A DNA stretch of 64,000 bases, from positions 2,896 through 66,895 of IMG/VR virus record IMGVR_UViG_3300021255_000094; one strand, written 5' to 3'. Positions 62,934-64,000 of this stretch are shown here, in pieces (within the stretch, counting starts at the first letter, position 1; each line of letters begins with the position of its first letter). The position numbers and the translations under genes were made by a program. The DNA comes from a virus (taxonomy: Duplodnaviria; Caudoviricetes). The notes below the pieces were generated by a model, which worked only from the letters and a program-made list of their open reading frames with translations, ran no database searches and was not told where the DNA came from.

Positions 62934-64000
62934 ATGTCAGTAATGATGAGAAACGGACTTCAATATGCTGGAGTACCTAATGAAAGTTTAATGCAGAAAA
63001 TTATTCCGAATCCAACAGGCACTCCAACAGATATACTCAGCACAGTAAGCATAGATGGCACGATATTCGTCATTAAAGGAATTCCAGACAATGCCTATCT
63101 GCTGAATGAGGTTGAGGGATTACCATCAGACATAGCAACTTTCGCAGACGGTTCAGCCTTGCCAATGTCGTCCCTCAAAGTCGGCATAGAGCCAGTACAA
63201 GACCTACACGGATATGACTATCCTTGGGCTGGCGGTGCAGGGAAGAATAAAGTACCAAAAGGCGCAAGCGGAACGTCATCAACAGGTCTGACATTTACAG
63301 TCAACGATAACGGTAGTGTCACTATTAAAGGCACAGCGAGTGCGACTAACTTCTGGGGCGTACAATTTACCATACCTGCAGGAACTTATATATTGAATGG
63401 TTGTCCTTCAGGTGGTGGTGGTAACACTTATTTAATTGATGTTCGAAACACTGTCGGCGGTACAGGAATAAGCGGTATCAATGCAGATGTCGGGAATGGC
63501 TCAACATTCACCATCAATTCAGAACTTACGGCATATCTGAACATCAGAACAGCATCAGGATATTCATATCCGTCAAGCGGTCTGACATTCTATCCAATGA
63601 TACGCCTATCATCCGTCACAGATGCAACCTTTGAACCATACTCCAACATCTGCCCGATAAGCGGACATACAGAGGCGAATGTGGTTGTATCACCTACCAC
63701 AGATGCGGAAGATGGACAAACCTACAACATCCAATTCAAAGACGGAGATAACCCACTCACAGTATATGGCGGTACTCTTGATGTGGTTAGTGGGGAGTTG
63801 AAAGTAGTACCTTACTATGCTTCTTACAATGGCGAAACGCTTGAGGGTGAATGGATATCTGATAGAGACGTTTATGCAGTAGGGACTACACCTACAATCG
63901 GAGCGCAAGTGGTTAATATCGGTGCAACACCTACAACCTACCAACTTACTCCTACGCAAGTTAAGTCTCTGCTTGGTACGAATAATGTTTGGGCTGATAC
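62934..64000 (+). CDS. Tail fibre / receptor-binding-like protein (runs off the window end)
   Basis: AAGGAGG RBS; hand-translated MSVMMRNGLQYAG...YPWAGGAGKNK...FEPYSNICPISG...QVKSLLGTNNVWAD with no stop seen. Confidence 0.8.
   Translation, partial: MSVMMRNGLQYAGVPNESLMQKIIPNPTGTPTDILSTVSIDGTIFVIKGIPDNAYLLNEVEGLPSDIATFADGSALPMSSLKVGIEPVQDLHGYDYPWAGGAGKNKVPKGASGTSSTGLTFTVNDNGSVTIKGTASATNFWGVQFTIPAGTYILNGCPSGGGGNTYLIDVRNTVGGTGISGINADVGNGSTFTINSELTAYLNIRTASGYSYPSSGLTFYPMIRLSSVTDATFEPYSNICPISGHTEANVVVSPTTDAEDGQTYNIQFKDGDNPLTVYGGTLDVVSGELKVVPYYASYNGETLEGEWISDRDVYAVGTTPTIGAQVVNIGATPTTYQLTPTQVKSLLGTNNVWAD

Noticed and set aside
1767-63959. Minus-strand ORFs in the six-frame track
   Set aside because: All lie antisense to well-supported + strand genes, lack RBSs and recognisable motifs, and show shadow-type composition.
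1-64000. Genome-wide amber reassignment (genetic code 15)
   Set aside because: Many genes end cleanly at TAG followed by an RBS and a new gene (e.g. 1632, 2120, 3158, 22318). Long genes have no internal TAGs, and the tRNA anticodon is UUG, not CUA.
59028-64000. Diversity-generating retroelement
   Set aside because: No reverse transcriptase and no template/variable repeat pair differing at adenines were seen in the window; one could lie downstream.

Overview
The window is about 64 kb of an AT-rich tailed-phage genome (siphovirus-type morphogenesis genes). The likely host is a spore-forming Clostridia/Lachnospiraceae-type bacterium, inferred from Firmicutes-type RBSs, sigmaA-type promoters and parS sites. 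Essentially all credible genes are on the + strand. Gene order: conserved Gly/Cys-rich gene cluster (0.1-3.2 kb); SNF2 helicase; replication module (initiator with iterons, DnaC-like loader, DnaB, primase); small zinc-finger ORFs; nucleotidyltransferase/glycosyltransferase-like pair; SSB; split family A DNA polymerase around a GIY-YIG endonuclease; radical SAM enzyme; beta-clamp-like protein; Cas4-like nuclease; RecU; RecA; second GIY-YIG; three clamp-loader-like subunits; tRNA-Gln; PAPS-reductase-like protein; terS; a repeat-rich region with early genes; terL; portal; head; tail; tape measure; tail-fibre modules (last gene truncated). No integrase, lysis genes, reverse transcriptase or CRISPR array were seen. 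Main observations: (1) polA is fractured, with a degenerate intein-like junction. (2) An in-frame TAG sits inside polymerase motif A (DYS*SQQE) within a perfect hairpin; skipping two codons restores DYSQQE. (3) Four host-type parS sites are present with no parB. (4) A homing endonuclease interrupts the start of a resolvase gene and supplies a replacement N-terminus. (5) A kissing-loop RNA leader precedes the replication initiator. All product calls come from motif recognition by eye; no database searches were run.
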